Assembly: GCA_910587035.1 (NCBI GenBank)
Contig: CAJUMQ010000012.1
Location: 3,184 to 67,183 of the forward strand
Reading direction: 5' to 3'
Origin: an uncultured Desulfovibrio sp.
Lineage (GTDB): Bacteria > Desulfobacterota > Desulfovibrionia > Desulfovibrionales > Desulfovibrionaceae
DNA length: 64,000 nt
Shown: piece after piece, positions 10,025 to 19,694 of the stretch
How the letters are laid out: each line of letters starts with the position of its first letter
Numbering within the stretch: position 1 is the first letter of the stretch
Program-made: the position numbers and the translations under genes
The notes under the pieces: model-generated
Told to the model about the DNA's origin: nothing
The model's input: only the letters and a program-made list of their open reading frames with translations
Database searches by the model: none

Positions 10025-11428
10025 TTACAGCACAAGCCGCCACCATGGCATTGCTATGCATGCCACAAAGAGACCGGATACCACCAGCCTGACAGACATG
10101 ACAAGCACCATGTCCTTGAAGTTGATGTAGCCGCTGCTGAAGAAGAACAGATACAGGGCGTATTCATAAGGGAAGATGAGGTTGTCCAGACCATACTGGA
10201 AGGAGAAATAAAGAATACGCGGATCAAGGCCCATCTGAAGGCCAAGCTCGGCCAGAGGCGATGAAAATGTGGATGTGGCCGCAAGTGGTGTGAGCAGGAA
10301 ATTGAGGCCTGCGCCGGTGATATAGGAGCTTAGTGACGCTCCAAATGCGCCCATGTCGCCAAACAGGGGGAGCACAAGGCCGGCCAGCCACTGGGTGACC
10401 TTTAGAAAACCGCCTGTGCTGCCAATGGCCATGCAGCCCATGATGAAGAATATGGGCGCGAAATTCACGGTGGAAAGCCGCTTGCTGTTCATGAGGTCAA
10501 CGCCGGGAATGAAGGCGATGGCTGTAATGACCATCAGAACGACACCGGCGTCTATGCCGTGCAGCTTGTCTGTGGCCAGCAGGAGAACTGTGAGCAGAAG
10601 CAGGTACATGGCCTTTTTTTGCTCATGTGTCATGGGTCCAAGAGCACTGTGGGCTTCGGTCACAATCTTTTTGATGCTGGCATTGTCTGTGGAAGTGCGC
10701 AGAATGAGCAGCACGAGAATCATGTTGATGAAAGTGTAGATCAGGGCTGGCACGCAGTTATAAAGGGCATATTCCATCCATGTTGTATGGATGTTCATGA
10801 CCTTGTCCACAAGGCCCATGCCCATGACAAGATCGCCTGCGCCAGTCAGCCACGCCAGCTTGGTGGAGCCCACGGCAATGCAGGTGCCAAGCACTATGGC
10901 TGTGGCCTCGCGGGATTTGGCCTTGAAATCAAGAGCATCGCAGAGGCTTATGGCTATGCCCATGAAGATGGCGGCTTTGCCCATGATGGATGGCACAAGT
11001 GGCGAAAGAATTATCGCGCCAATGGTGAAGCCAAGCAGGGCGCCGGCAAAACTTCCACCCAATGCCTTGACGCTGCTCATGGCAATGCGTTTGCCGAGAC
11101 CGGATTCGCCGATGATCTTGCCCAGGATGAAGCCGCCAACGGAGATGACCCAAATATTGCTGCGCCAGGGGCCGTAGACCACTCCGTAATTGACCCCTGT
11201 AAACAGGATATACATGCCCGGCAGCAAAATGCCCACTGCCACATCGTTGAGCGTGCCCAGCACCCAGGCGCACACAGCCCACAGCGTGCAGGCCATGAAG
11301 CCAGCCTGGGGCGGAGTGAGGGATGTAAAGGTGACAAGAAGATAATAGGCCGCTATTGGTATGGCAATGTTGGCCAGCCATTTGATAATCATGCCACGAT
11401 TCAGTGTGGAGGAAATTGCTTCCGTCAT
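10025..11428 (-). CDS. SLC13/DASS-family divalent anion transporter
   Basis: Many hydrophobic segments; 'ESGLGKRIA', 'VPS..K', 'LTG', C-terminal 'PYEY....F..GY...D.V' typical of DASS permeases. Confidence 0.8.
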   Translation of the reverse strand: MTEAISSTLNRGMIIKWLANIAIPIAAYYLLVTFTSLTPPQAGFMACTLWAVCAWVLGTLNDVAVGILLPGMYILFTGVNYGVVYGPWRSNIWVISVGGFILGKIIGESGLGKRIAMSSVKALGGSFAGALLGFTIGAIILSPLVPSIMGKAAIFMGIAISLCDALDFKAKSREATAIVLGTCIAVGSTKLAWLTGAGDLVMGMGLVDKVMNIHTTWMEYALYNCVPALIYTFINMILVLLILRTSTDNASIKKIVTEAHSALGPMTHEQKKAMYLLLLTVLLLATDKLHGIDAGVVLMVITAIAFIPGVDLMNSKRLSTVNFAPIFFIMGCMAIGSTGGFLKVTQWLAGLVLPLFGDMGAFGASLSSYITGAGLNFLLTPLAATSTFSSPLAELGLQMGLDPRILYFSFQYGLDNLIFPYEYALYLFFFSSGYINFKDMVLVMSVRLVVSGLFVACIAMPWWRLVL

Positions 11429-11454
11429 TAACTGCCTCCATTGGCAGGGAATAG

Positions 11455-11480
11455 TCCGGGCCGGATTATTCCGGCCCGGA
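11455..11480. promoter_or_regulatory. GC-rich intercistronic hairpin (mRNA stabiliser or partial terminator)
   Basis: tccgggccgga-ttat-tccggcccgga, perfect 11-bp stem. Confidence 0.6.
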
Positions 11481-11506
11481 GCAATTTTTTGTCAAAATTG
11501 CTTCAA

Positions 11507-12970
11507 TTATTTTTTTTCGCCTTCATCTTTGGGGTCTTCCACAGAGGCCACGCAAAGGGCATTGCTGCCTTCATAGGGCATGCAGCCATCCACTGTGCAC
11601 TCCCTTGCGCGATCGCCAAAGGGGGCTGAACCGGGCACGCGGAATGTTGTCACATTGAGCGGCTCGATTGGCTTTTCCTCGGGCTTGGCAACCTGGGGCA
11701 CCCACTCGTAAGGCACCCTGTAGGCGCGATAGACCATGTTCATGGGCACAAACTTGCCCCAGTAGGGAGAGATGAACTCCCAGACTATTTCATGATCTTT
11801 TGTGACTTCGAAAACGCGGCCATCGGAGCCTTCGGTGATGAGGGTATTGCCATTGGGCAGCCGCTGCATGCCGCTGATGAAGGGGCTGTAGAAGCGGTTG
11901 CTGTCCATTGGTTCTAGGAAGCCGGCCTCGCGCGGGGTATACTGCCACACTATCTCAAGAGTGGTCGGGTCTATCTCCAGCACACGGGAGTAGTCGCGCA
12001 AGGCGGCCTTTACGCCGGTGGGCGAGCCGGGATTGGGCACATCATAACCGCCCCAGCCGCCATTGTCATAGACAAGGATGTTGCCTTCACCAGGCAAACC
12101 GCGGGGAATCATGTGGGCATGATGCTGGCCGATGATCCAGCCCAGCTTGCGCAGCTCCGGAGTTGTGTCATAGTCCGGGCCGATTTTCCATACAACCTTG
12201 CCGGTTTTTTTGCTGATGATGAAGATGATGTTTGTTTCCCGGCCATCGACAATAATGTTGTCGGGATGGAAACGCTCATCGCCGGCGTCAAACCACTTGT
12301 TTGGCCCAAGCAGGGACATGGAGTTGAGATGCATCCAGTCGCCCTGGCCTTCCGGCAGGGTGGGGCGATAGTTTGGATTGCGGCAAAGGGTATTTTTTGG
12401 GCCTTCCCTGAAGCCGAACTCGTCAAAATGCTCATTGCACATCCATTCCCAGAGAATGTCGCCATCCCAGCTGATTTCCAGAATCAGGTCATCTACCAGA
12501 AGCTTGTCGGAAATCTTGTGATTGCGTGCATTGCGATGGCCAAGCATGAAAGAGTTGCCGCTCAGGGCCTGGGGTTCAAGGCCGGGCGCATAGTAGCCCA
12601 CCGGGTTGCCCTGGCGCTGCACGTCATGATGGTAGCGGGCCATCCAGCGGCCGGGAATGCCCGGATCCTCTATGTATTCGTTGCGGTCAAACTGCCATAC
12701 GATCTTGCCGTCAAAATCAACCTGGATGATGTCAAGGCCATCCTGCACGCTGTATTTGCCGCTACGGCGCCCCCGGCTAGTCAGCATGTATCCGCCTGGC
12801 AGGATCTTGTTGGGCATGCCATGCACTCCGCGCCAGACATTGACTTCCTTGCCGTTCATATCCATGAGTACAGCGCCAAATTCCTGGGCCTGGAAGATTG
12901 TGAAGCCGCTCCATGTTTTTTCCGGTTTAAACAGGGTTACGCCAGTTGGGTAAATTGTCGGATGTCCCAT
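11507..12970 (-). CDS. Arylsulfate sulfotransferase (ASST) family protein, no signal peptide
   Basis: ASST-like motifs 'HHD', 'DWMHLNS', 'GQHHAH', 'YDNG', 'SRVLEI', 'SGMQRLPNGNTLITEG'; beta-propeller 'IVWQ/EF' repeats; AGGAGG RBS. Confidence 0.85.
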   Translation of the reverse strand: MGHPTIYPTGVTLFKPEKTWSGFTIFQAQEFGAVLMDMNGKEVNVWRGVHGMPNKILPGGYMLTSRGRRSGKYSVQDGLDIIQVDFDGKIVWQFDRNEYIEDPGIPGRWMARYHHDVQRQGNPVGYYAPGLEPQALSGNSFMLGHRNARNHKISDKLLVDDLILEISWDGDILWEWMCNEHFDEFGFREGPKNTLCRNPNYRPTLPEGQGDWMHLNSMSLLGPNKWFDAGDERFHPDNIIVDGRETNIIFIISKKTGKVVWKIGPDYDTTPELRKLGWIIGQHHAHMIPRGLPGEGNILVYDNGGWGGYDVPNPGSPTGVKAALRDYSRVLEIDPTTLEIVWQYTPREAGFLEPMDSNRFYSPFISGMQRLPNGNTLITEGSDGRVFEVTKDHEIVWEFISPYWGKFVPMNMVYRAYRVPYEWVPQVAKPEEKPIEPLNVTTFRVPGSAPFGDRARECTVDGCMPYEGSNALCVASVEDPKDEGEKK

Positions 12971-13083
12971 AATCCCTCCTAATAAAGGATTTTACGGCCT
13001 CACAGGCGCCACATTATGGCCGCCAAAGGATCTTGGCGGCATGACATGGCCAGTCCCGGCCATTAAAATTTGGTGATAATGGG

Positions 13084-13127
13084 ACTATATTATGGGCCAA
13101 ATATGTTGTATGTTGCCATTGCAACAT
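13084..13127 (-). promoter_or_regulatory. Class II Crp/Fnr-activated promoter for ASST operon: operator ATGTTGC-N4-GCAACAT plus -10 TATAGT
   Basis: Palindrome 13110-13127 (TGTTG-N6-CAACA); TATAGT on minus strand at 13089-13084 places its centre at -41.5. Confidence 0.65.
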
Positions 13128-13178
13128 TTTTCACAAAAAAAATTTGAAATTTCTTGTGGGCAGCAAGGGGAGCCGGAA

Positions 13179-13847
13179 ATGCAGCATTTAGCTTCCTGGC
13201 AAAAAAGCGATGCCTTTAAGGATATGCGGGATCTCAATTTGCCCTGGCGTCAGGCACTGCATATGGCCAATAAGAAGAATTGGCCAAGGGGCCATTACGT
13301 CCCCATTTGCCGCCATCTTTATTTTCTTGAACGGGGCACAGTGCGCCTGACCCAGCAAAATATGGATGGCCAGGAAAAAATATTATGGTTCATTGGCGAA
13401 AACTGTATTTTTGGCGAAACTCCCTTCTTTCACAATGCAAATGTCTGCGCCCATTTTACATGTGTGACAAATTGCACAATCCATGCGTTTTCCACAAGCG
13501 CCTTTGAAACAGTGATGCGGGAGTATCCCGAGTTGATGCTGGATCTCACGCGATCCATGGCCCTGAAGATGCGTTTTCTGGTCCGGCAGGTGGCATCTCT
13601 GACCCTGGACAATGCCCTGGTGCGCGTGTGCAGGTTTCTGGAGCAGCACATAGTGCCGGACAGCGACCCGCTGCTGGTGGATATGTGTTTTTCCCGCCAG
13701 GATATTGCCAGTTTTCTTGGCATAAATCGCAGTTCCCTTTACAAACTTTTGCGCGAGCAGGAGGAAAAGGGCCTGTTAAAACTGGTTTCACCCCGCAAGG
13801 TTATCATCATGCGGCCAGACATTTTTTATGAAATAATCGCCTGTTAA
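13179..13847 (+). CDS. Crp/Fnr-family transcriptional regulator
   Basis: 'LYFLERGTVRL..DGQEKIL..IFGE' cNMP-type domain; HTH 'SRQDIASFLGINRSSLYKLL'; AAGGGGAG RBS before 13179. Confidence 0.9.
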   Translation: MQHLASWQKSDAFKDMRDLNLPWRQALHMANKKNWPRGHYVPICRHLYFLERGTVRLTQQNMDGQEKILWFIGENCIFGETPFFHNANVCAHFTCVTNCTIHAFSTSAFETVMREYPELMLDLTRSMALKMRFLVRQVASLTLDNALVRVCRFLEQHIVPDSDPLLVDMCFSRQDIASFLGINRSSLYKLLREQEEKGLLKLVSPRKVIIMRPDIFYEIIAC

Positions 13848-13851
13848 ATTT

Positions 13852-13997
13852 TAGGGCATTCACCAGTTGAAATGCTTTACGCATTTCAACCATTCACGCT
13901 GGCGTTTCGCGGAAAATTTCAACTTTTCCTCTTCCTTTTGCGCGTGCGCTTCAGAAGAAGCGCCTCGCATTGCCTGTTTTCAATCGGCAATGCCATA
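13852..13997 (+). repeat. Intergenic MITE-like repeat, copy A
   Basis: Ends tagggcattcaccagttgaaa / tttcaatcggcaatgccata; aligns along its length with the reverse complement of 52865-53012. Confidence 0.8.
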
Positions 13998-14058
13998 ATC
14001 ATCTTTTTGCCAGATGGATGCCGCTGCCTGGAAGTGGTATTGATTTTGATGGCAAATG

Positions 14059-14091
14059 AAAAAGCCGCGGGCAATTTCCCACGGCTTTTTT
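14059..14091. terminator. Bidirectional terminator between Crp gene and cheW
   Basis: aaaaagccgcggg-caattt-cccacggctttttt. Confidence 0.7.
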
Positions 14092-14133
14092 GATTATTTT
14101 CAGCAGTTCAGAGCAGATTTGAGGAAAACCCGG

Positions 14134-14613
14134 TCATGAAGGCATAAAATCAATGCTGCCCAGCAAATGATCCAGATCAAGCAGAATCAGCAGGCGGTTG
14201 TCCAGTTTGCCAATGCCCCTGATGTATTCCGAGCCAATGCCGGCCACCACCGGAGGCGGATCCTCGACTGTGCTCTCCGGAATACGGAGGACCTCCGAAA
14301 CGCCATCAACCAGAAAACCAACAATTTTTTGATCCAGCTCCATCACAACTATTCTGGTGGAGCTGTCCGGCGTAAGCTGTGATTTATTGAAGCGGCGGCG
14401 CATATTGATAACAGGAATAACCTTGCCGCGCAGATTGATAACTCCTTCAATGAATTCTGGAGCGCGTGGCACCATGGTTATCTGCATCAGGCGGATAATT
14501 TCCTGAACTGCGAGAATGTCAACGCCAAACTCCTCTTCGCCAATCCTGAAAGTCACAAGCTGGATCAGATCATCGTCATGGGGATCATGGCGCACGTTTT
14601 CCTGCTGGGTCAT
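14134..14613 (-). CDS. cheW: Chemotaxis coupling protein CheW
   Basis: 'QLVTF..GEEEFGVDILAVQEII', 'PRAPEFIEGVINLRGKVIPV', 'GFLVDGVSEV'; GGAGG RBS before 14613. Confidence 0.95.
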   Translation of the reverse strand: MTQQENVRHDPHDDDLIQLVTFRIGEEEFGVDILAVQEIIRLMQITMVPRAPEFIEGVINLRGKVIPVINMRRRFNKSQLTPDSSTRIVVMELDQKIVGFLVDGVSEVLRIPESTVEDPPPVVAGIGSEYIRGIGKLDNRLLILLDLDHLLGSIDFMPS

Positions 14614-14711
14614 TGGCAACCTCCTTGCCTGCAAGGCACCCATAGAAATCATTATCGGCAGAGGCAGGACTTTTTTTACAGTAAACCATGTAAAAAGACA
14701 ATTATTATGCG

Positions 14712-16691
14712 CTAGCCATTGAGATTAAGCAGTTCGCGCCAGGACGTCAAACTGGGATCAAGATCAAGATAGCCTGGCGGAATTTCCAGCGGCGCGGGAT
14801 TTTGCAGAAACTGTCTGACATCTTCGATATTACCGGAGCGAGGCAGACCGTGTATATTCTGGATTGGGCAGAGATCAAAATCATTGTGTGGCAGCATCAC
14901 AAGAACCGGCAATCCGAAAAGAGCGGCCTCCAGAGCAGCGGTGGTGGAATTTGAGGCCCATACAGTGACACCTGGCCTGAGTTCCAGCACCATTGGGCCA
15001 TCGGCAATGCGGATCTGCCTTTGCGCCTGTTCCGTCTGCTTTGCCAGCCAGTCCTCCACAGCCAGATATGGGTGTGGTTTAATGACAATTTGCCAGCCAT
15101 TTAGAAAACCGGCCTCAAGGGATTTATGCAGAAGCTCCAGATGCGCATTGGTTTCGTCTGCAAAAAAGCTGGTCAGCACCAGCAGCCGCCTGGACGATTG
15201 TGGAGCCAGCGGTTCGCCAGGCTCTGGTGGAATATCGCTTGCTTTTGCAGCCGGCCATTTTTCCTCATGCTCAACCAGATAGAGATAGCGCAGGGCTTCC
15301 ACCTTGCGGCAGCGTTGCGCGGGTATGTCATTGGCCAGCCATTGATCTAGCGCAGATGTGCCATTGCCGGCAATCTGGTCTGGCTGGAATTTGTCTGTCA
15401 GGGAAAAGGTGCGCGGATCGTCAAAATACCTGAAATCTGTTGGCCGGATTATTGAATGCTGGGCGCCATAGACCGGCCCGGCTGCATTGTCATGGGCAGC
15501 CTGGGTGAGCATTCTTTCCCAGGGGCAGTTTTCTAGTGGAAAAAGATTCCATCTTTGCTGGCCGCTTGCAGAATAATATACCTGGAAGGCCCGATTTTGC
15601 AGACAGCGCTCAAGACATCGCCAGCCACGAAAGGATTCAGCCCATTGTGCGCGCATATAGGGCCAGAAGTCCATGGCGGAGCCAGCAAACCGGCATGCCC
15701 CGGATGCCCTGACTCCGGCAGCAAAACTCGATAGGCCGATGGCAAACCAGCGGCGCAGGGCTGTCAGTATGTCCCAAAAAGACAGCATTTCCTCTATATA
15801 TGTGAAACTCTGGCCATCACGTCCTTCTTTTTCGAAGGTGCGGCAGAGCTCCACGCAACGGGGCAGGGAAATCTGGGGAGAAGGGAAGCGGATAAAAAGC
15901 CAGCGCACAAAATGCGGACCTGCCGGGTTTTCTTTTTCTGCCACCTCATTGAGCGCCTGATGCAAGCTTTCCCAGTAGCGCGAGCGAAAACGGCCATGGG
16001 CGGCAGCGTTTAAATCTATGTTCGGAAAATAGGTGACTATGGTAGCCGGATAGCGGCCAGTATTATTAATAGACTTTCCGTTTTTCCAGGAATGAATTTT
16101 TTTACTGGCCAGGGGCAGATATCTGCGGACGGAAAAAAACCAGTAGGCCAGGCGAGCAATTGCGCGAATCGGTGCGGGTGCATGAGCATACAGGCATTCG
16201 GTCAGCGATCTGGATGACTTGCTGACGCTGTCTGGCCTGCGAATATGCTTGAACTCCATTTTGAGATTTGCGCACATCCTGGCGATGATGCCTTCCATAA
16301 TGCCATCGCCGCCGGATAATGTAAGTTTTTCAATGCTCTGTTTTTGCAGATACATTTCCAGAACGCGCAGGCGGTAGACATTATAAAGATATGGACTGAG
16401 CTTGGGATGACGCTCATAGAGCAGGGAGGTCCACCACATGGATGGCTGCTGTCCGCCAGACAGCATCTTTGCAAGTTTTCCGCCCCAGCCTTTTCGGACA
16501 GGCAAAAAAGCCATGTCATAGGCCCAGCGCATATGCTCTGTGCGGATGGCAGAGAGATTGTCATCCAGCAGGCGCGGAATGGAGATTTCATCCTCTGGCA
16601 CATCCCTACTTTGCCAATGGGCAATGCGTCTGCCAGGCGCACGGGGAGCGGTGTCTGCTCCGGGAACGGCAATCAGATATAATTCCTTCAT
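14712..16691 (-). CDS. Putative surface carbohydrate biosynthesis protein (resembles TIGR04326/LIC13510 family)
   Basis: '[10 protein letters not shown]', 'F.SRYW..L', 'EN.PWE', 'QHS.IR..D.RYF', 'KPHP', 'TTAALEA...GLP' (GT-B-like C-terminus); family call from memory. Confidence 0.6.
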   Translation of the reverse strand: MKELYLIAVPGADTAPRAPGRRIAHWQSRDVPEDEISIPRLLDDNLSAIRTEHMRWAYDMAFLPVRKGWGGKLAKMLSGGQQPSMWWTSLLYERHPKLSPYLYNVYRLRVLEMYLQKQSIEKLTLSGGDGIMEGIIARMCANLKMEFKHIRRPDSVSKSSRSLTECLYAHAPAPIRAIARLAYWFFSVRRYLPLASKKIHSWKNGKSINNTGRYPATIVTYFPNIDLNAAAHGRFRSRYWESLHQALNEVAEKENPAGPHFVRWLFIRFPSPQISLPRCVELCRTFEKEGRDGQSFTYIEEMLSFWDILTALRRWFAIGLSSFAAGVRASGACRFAGSAMDFWPYMRAQWAESFRGWRCLERCLQNRAFQVYYSASGQQRWNLFPLENCPWERMLTQAAHDNAAGPVYGAQHSIIRPTDFRYFDDPRTFSLTDKFQPDQIAGNGTSALDQWLANDIPAQRCRKVEALRYLYLVEHEEKWPAAKASDIPPEPGEPLAPQSSRRLLVLTSFFADETNAHLELLHKSLEAGFLNGWQIVIKPHPYLAVEDWLAKQTEQAQRQIRIADGPMVLELRPGVTVWASNSTTAALEAALFGLPVLVMLPHNDFDLCPIQNIHGLPRSGNIEDVRQFLQNPAPLEIPPGYLDLDPSLTSWRELLNLNG

Positions 16692-17731
16692 GCTCCCGCT
16701 GCCCCCCTTATTGCCATGGCAATGGATTTTTCAAATGGCGCCCTGAGAATGCCATACTCTGTGACAATGCCGGAGATCAGTGGGGCTGGGGTAACATCAA
16801 AGGCGAAATTACAGGCGCCTACTCCGGTGGGGGCAATTCTTTTGCCTGCCATTATGGTCACTTCCTCCTCACCCCTTTCCTCAATGGGGATGCTTGCGCC
16901 ATTGGGGCAGGAGATATCAATGGTTGAGAGGGGACAGGCGATGTAAAAGGGCACATTAAAATATTTTGCGATAATTGCGACGCCAAAAGTTCCGATTTTA
17001 TTGGCCGTGTCTCCATTGGCCGCCACCCTGTCCGCACCGGCAATGACCAGGTTGACCCGGCCTTGCGACAGAAGTGTGGCGCAGGCATTGTCGCAGGCAA
17101 TCTGCACGGGAATGCCATCCTCCGACAGCTCGAAGGCAGTGAGTCTGGCTCCCTGCAGAAGCGGTCTTGTCTCATCCGCAATTACAGAAACCTTTTTGCC
17201 GGCATCCCAGGCTGCGCGTATTATGCCAAGTGCTGTGCCATAGCCTGCTGTTGCCAGGGCGCCGGCATTGCAATGAGTTAAAATCGTGTCGCCATCCTGG
17301 ATAAGGCTCTCGCCATTTTTGCCAATGGCCTGGCAAATATGGCGATCTTCATTTTCTATTTCTGAGGCTGCTGCCAGCCACTTTTGCTGCAGGTGATCTG
17401 GCAAATCCCTGTTATTAAACAGCCCGCGCATCTTTTTAATCGCCCAAACAAGATTGACCGCAGTGGGCCGGGATGAGGCAAGCCTGTTGAGATCGGCCTC
17501 AACCTTGTCGCGCCAGATGGAGCCATCAGGGGCATTGGCCGCTGCCAGCACACAGCCCCAGGCAGCGGTGACGCCAATGGCCGGCGCCCCCCGGACGACC
17601 ATGTTTTTAATGGCATAAACAACATCATCCACATTGGCGCAAACAAAATATTTTTGCTCATTTGGCAAAAGCCTCTGATCAAGCAGATGCAGCCTCATGG
17701 CCCGGGCATCGAAAAAAATATGCGGTTTCAT
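16688..17731 (-). CDS. mtnA: S-methyl-5-thioribose-1-phosphate isomerase
   Basis: [49 protein letters not shown]. Confidence 0.95.
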   Translation of the reverse strand: MKPHIFFDARAMRLHLLDQRLLPNEQKYFVCANVDDVVYAIKNMVVRGAPAIGVTAAWGCVLAAANAPDGSIWRDKVEADLNRLASSRPTAVNLVWAIKKMRGLFNNRDLPDHLQQKWLAAASEIENEDRHICQAIGKNGESLIQDGDTILTHCNAGALATAGYGTALGIIRAAWDAGKKVSVIADETRPLLQGARLTAFELSEDGIPVQIACDNACATLLSQGRVNLVIAGADRVAANGDTANKIGTFGVAIIAKYFNVPFYIACPLSTIDISCPNGASIPIEERGEEEVTIMAGKRIAPTGVGACNFAFDVTPAPLISGIVTEYGILRAPFEKSIAMAIRGAAGA

Positions 17732-17743
17732 GTCAAAAGACGG

Positions 17744-18289
17744 TTATTGCTTGTCTATTTTGACATTGCGGAGGGCAGCCATGCGGGGATCTCCATCCTC
17801 GACCTGGCAGGCGCAGGGGCCAAGATTTAGATTGGCGCCGCAAGTGGGGCAAAGGCCCTTGCAGTCAGACCTGCACAGGGGGGTAACAGGCATGGCAAGC
17901 ATAAACTGTTCCCATGCAACCTCCGCAAGATCAAGCATGGGGGCATTGCGATCAAAAACAATATGGCTGTCTCCGCTTTTGCCGTCACGGTGCCTGGCAT
18001 GGCCATCATCCTCCGGAACTTCCTCATACTCATCAAAACGGGAATCAATTTTGACAGTGGCATTTTCCGCGCAACGGTTGCAGGGCACAACAACCTCTCC
18101 CTCCAGATGGCCACGCACAAGGCAACCGGCATCGGCCGGCATCACAAAAAGCTTGATCTTCAATGGGCTGGTTATCTGGCAGTCCATCTTGAATTCCTTG
18201 AGGGGCTCTTTCCAGATCTCCTGATCTTCCAGTTCAAACTCTTTTCCCTCTGGCGGCAGATCATTGATGGATACAAGATATTTTTTCAT
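17744..18289 (-). CDS. yceD: YceD/DUF177 family protein
   Basis: CNRC and C..DCKGLCPTCG.NLN..C.C, terminal DPR..L. Confidence 0.9.
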   Translation of the reverse strand: MKKYLVSINDLPPEGKEFELEDQEIWKEPLKEFKMDCQITSPLKIKLFVMPADAGCLVRGHLEGEVVVPCNRCAENATVKIDSRFDEYEEVPEDDGHARHRDGKSGDSHIVFDRNAPMLDLAEVAWEQFMLAMPVTPLCRSDCKGLCPTCGANLNLGPCACQVEDGDPRMAALRNVKIDKQ

Positions 18290-18316
18290 TTGCTCCTCCG
18301 GGCAATATTGCCGCGT

Positions 18317-18940
18317 TTACTGGCCTGTAAATACAAGGGCTAGGGCCAGGGCCAGAAAAACACAGGCGGCAATCCTGTGCATGACAATCTGGGCTTTTTG
18401 CGACCTGTTGAACCAGGCTGCCAGCCTGCCACCAAGCAGGGCGACCGCAAAAAAAACCACTACTGTGGCAAGCATAAAGAGAATGCCAAAAAAAACAATC
18501 TGCAAGCCCAGTCCGCCAATGGCTGGATCGCAGAATTGTGGCAAAAAAGCGAGGAAAAAAAGAATTACCTTGGGATTTGTGATATTCATCATCACGCCCC
18601 GGCGGTAAAGCGCCCAATAGCCGGGGTATTTCAAGGCATTGCCCGTGCGGGATGCGCCAGCCCGAAAGGCCTGCCAGGCCAGCCAGCACAGATACCCGGC
18701 GCCGGCTATTTTCAGGAGGTTGAAAGCCAGGGGGCTGGTGCGAAAAATCACTGCTACCCCAAGGGCAACTGCAAGGGTATGGCAGCAGATGCCGGTTACA
18801 AGGCCAAGGGTTGTGATGATTCCCGATCTTGCTCCATACAGGGCGGACTGGGTGAGCACAAATATATTATCAGGCCCTGGCGCGATCCCAAGTAAAAGGG
18901 AGGTGGTGAAAAAAACGGCGATAGCATCAATACCCGGCAT
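18317..18940 (-). CDS. LysE/RhtB-family amino acid exporter
   Basis: PGPD, GAGYL, NITNPK motifs. Confidence 0.9.
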   Translation of the reverse strand: MPGIDAIAVFFTTSLLLGIAPGPDNIFVLTQSALYGARSGIITTLGLVTGICCHTLAVALGVAVIFRTSPLAFNLLKIAGAGYLCWLAWQAFRAGASRTGNALKYPGYWALYRRGVMMNITNPKVILFFLAFLPQFCDPAIGGLGLQIVFFGILFMLATVVVFFAVALLGGRLAAWFNRSQKAQIVMHRIAACVFLALALALVFTGQ

Positions 18941-19220
18941 TTATTCTTTCTCCTGCCAGAAAAAAATCCAGCTTGCGCCTGTGGGGCAAACTTTTTATGG
19001 CTTTCTCCTCACGCAGGGCAGAACCATGATCGCGGCAACTCATTATCACTGACAGACTGACAGGCCTGCGGCTGCGAGTATAGCGTGCTCCACCGCCCAA
19101 CCGTCCATTGTGCTGGGCAAGCCGTTTGCGGGGATTAAGGCATATGCCGCAATAGATGGTGTTGTCATGGCAAAGGGCCAGATAGACATGCCAGATGGCT
19201 GAGGAATAGCGCTCCGGCAT
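18927..19220 (-). CDS. GIY-YIG nuclease family protein (UPF0213/YhbQ-like)
   Basis: 'VYL..C.D.TIY.GI...R..QHN..GARYT', 'A.REE..IK'. Confidence 0.85.
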   Translation of the reverse strand: MPERYSSAIWHVYLALCHDNTIYCGICLNPRKRLAQHNGRLGGGARYTRSRRPVSLSVIMSCRDHGSALREEKAIKSLPHRRKLDFFLAGERINAGY

Positions 19221-19224
19221 ACGC

Positions 19225-19620
19225 TCAGCTTGCGAGCATGATGGTAATCAGCAATGAAATTATCCAGTTGCCCGTGCGCCATGTCCAGGGGTTGACTGGA
19301 ATGCCGGCAATGAGGGATCTGGCCGTATGCACGCTCCCGATTATTGAGCCGATGGAATGGAAAAAGAAAAAACCAATGGCGGCAAGCAGACCGAATTGCC
19401 CAAGACAGACAAGGAACAGTGCGAAAGTTATGCTTGCTGCAAGACAGCCGCCAGAGTCGGCGGGCACATAGGTCCAGACCCCTGTTTTGGAATAATATTT
19501 GCGGTCATATTGGTTGGCATTGCCAGTTTCTTCGGGTTCCAGAATTTCAGGCTCAACAGCCCTTCGGCCTTGATCCCTGGAGCCGGGATTATTGTTTTGC
19601 CAGTCCGAATTTTGACTCAT
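19225..19620 (-). CDS. Hypothetical membrane protein
   Basis: Hydrophilic N-terminus then 2-3 hydrophobic segments; tightly packed with downstream genes. Confidence 0.65.
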   Translation of the reverse strand: MSQNSDWQNNNPGSRDQGRRAVEPEILEPEETGNANQYDRKYYSKTGVWTYVPADSGGCLAASITFALFLVCLGQFGLLAAIGFFFFHSIGSIIGSVHTARSLIAGIPVNPWTWRTGNWIISLLITIMLAS

Positions 19621-19694
19621 TTGCGCCTCTTTTGCCGGGCATCGGGATTATGGAAATACCGGGGAATAAAAATGGCCTGCATTGGCAGGTCCCT

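Noticed and set aside
18927..19220. GIY-YIG gene as a homing endonuclease or mobile element
   Set aside because: Stand-alone ~97-aa UPF0213-type protein embedded in a housekeeping gene string, with no intron or IS context.
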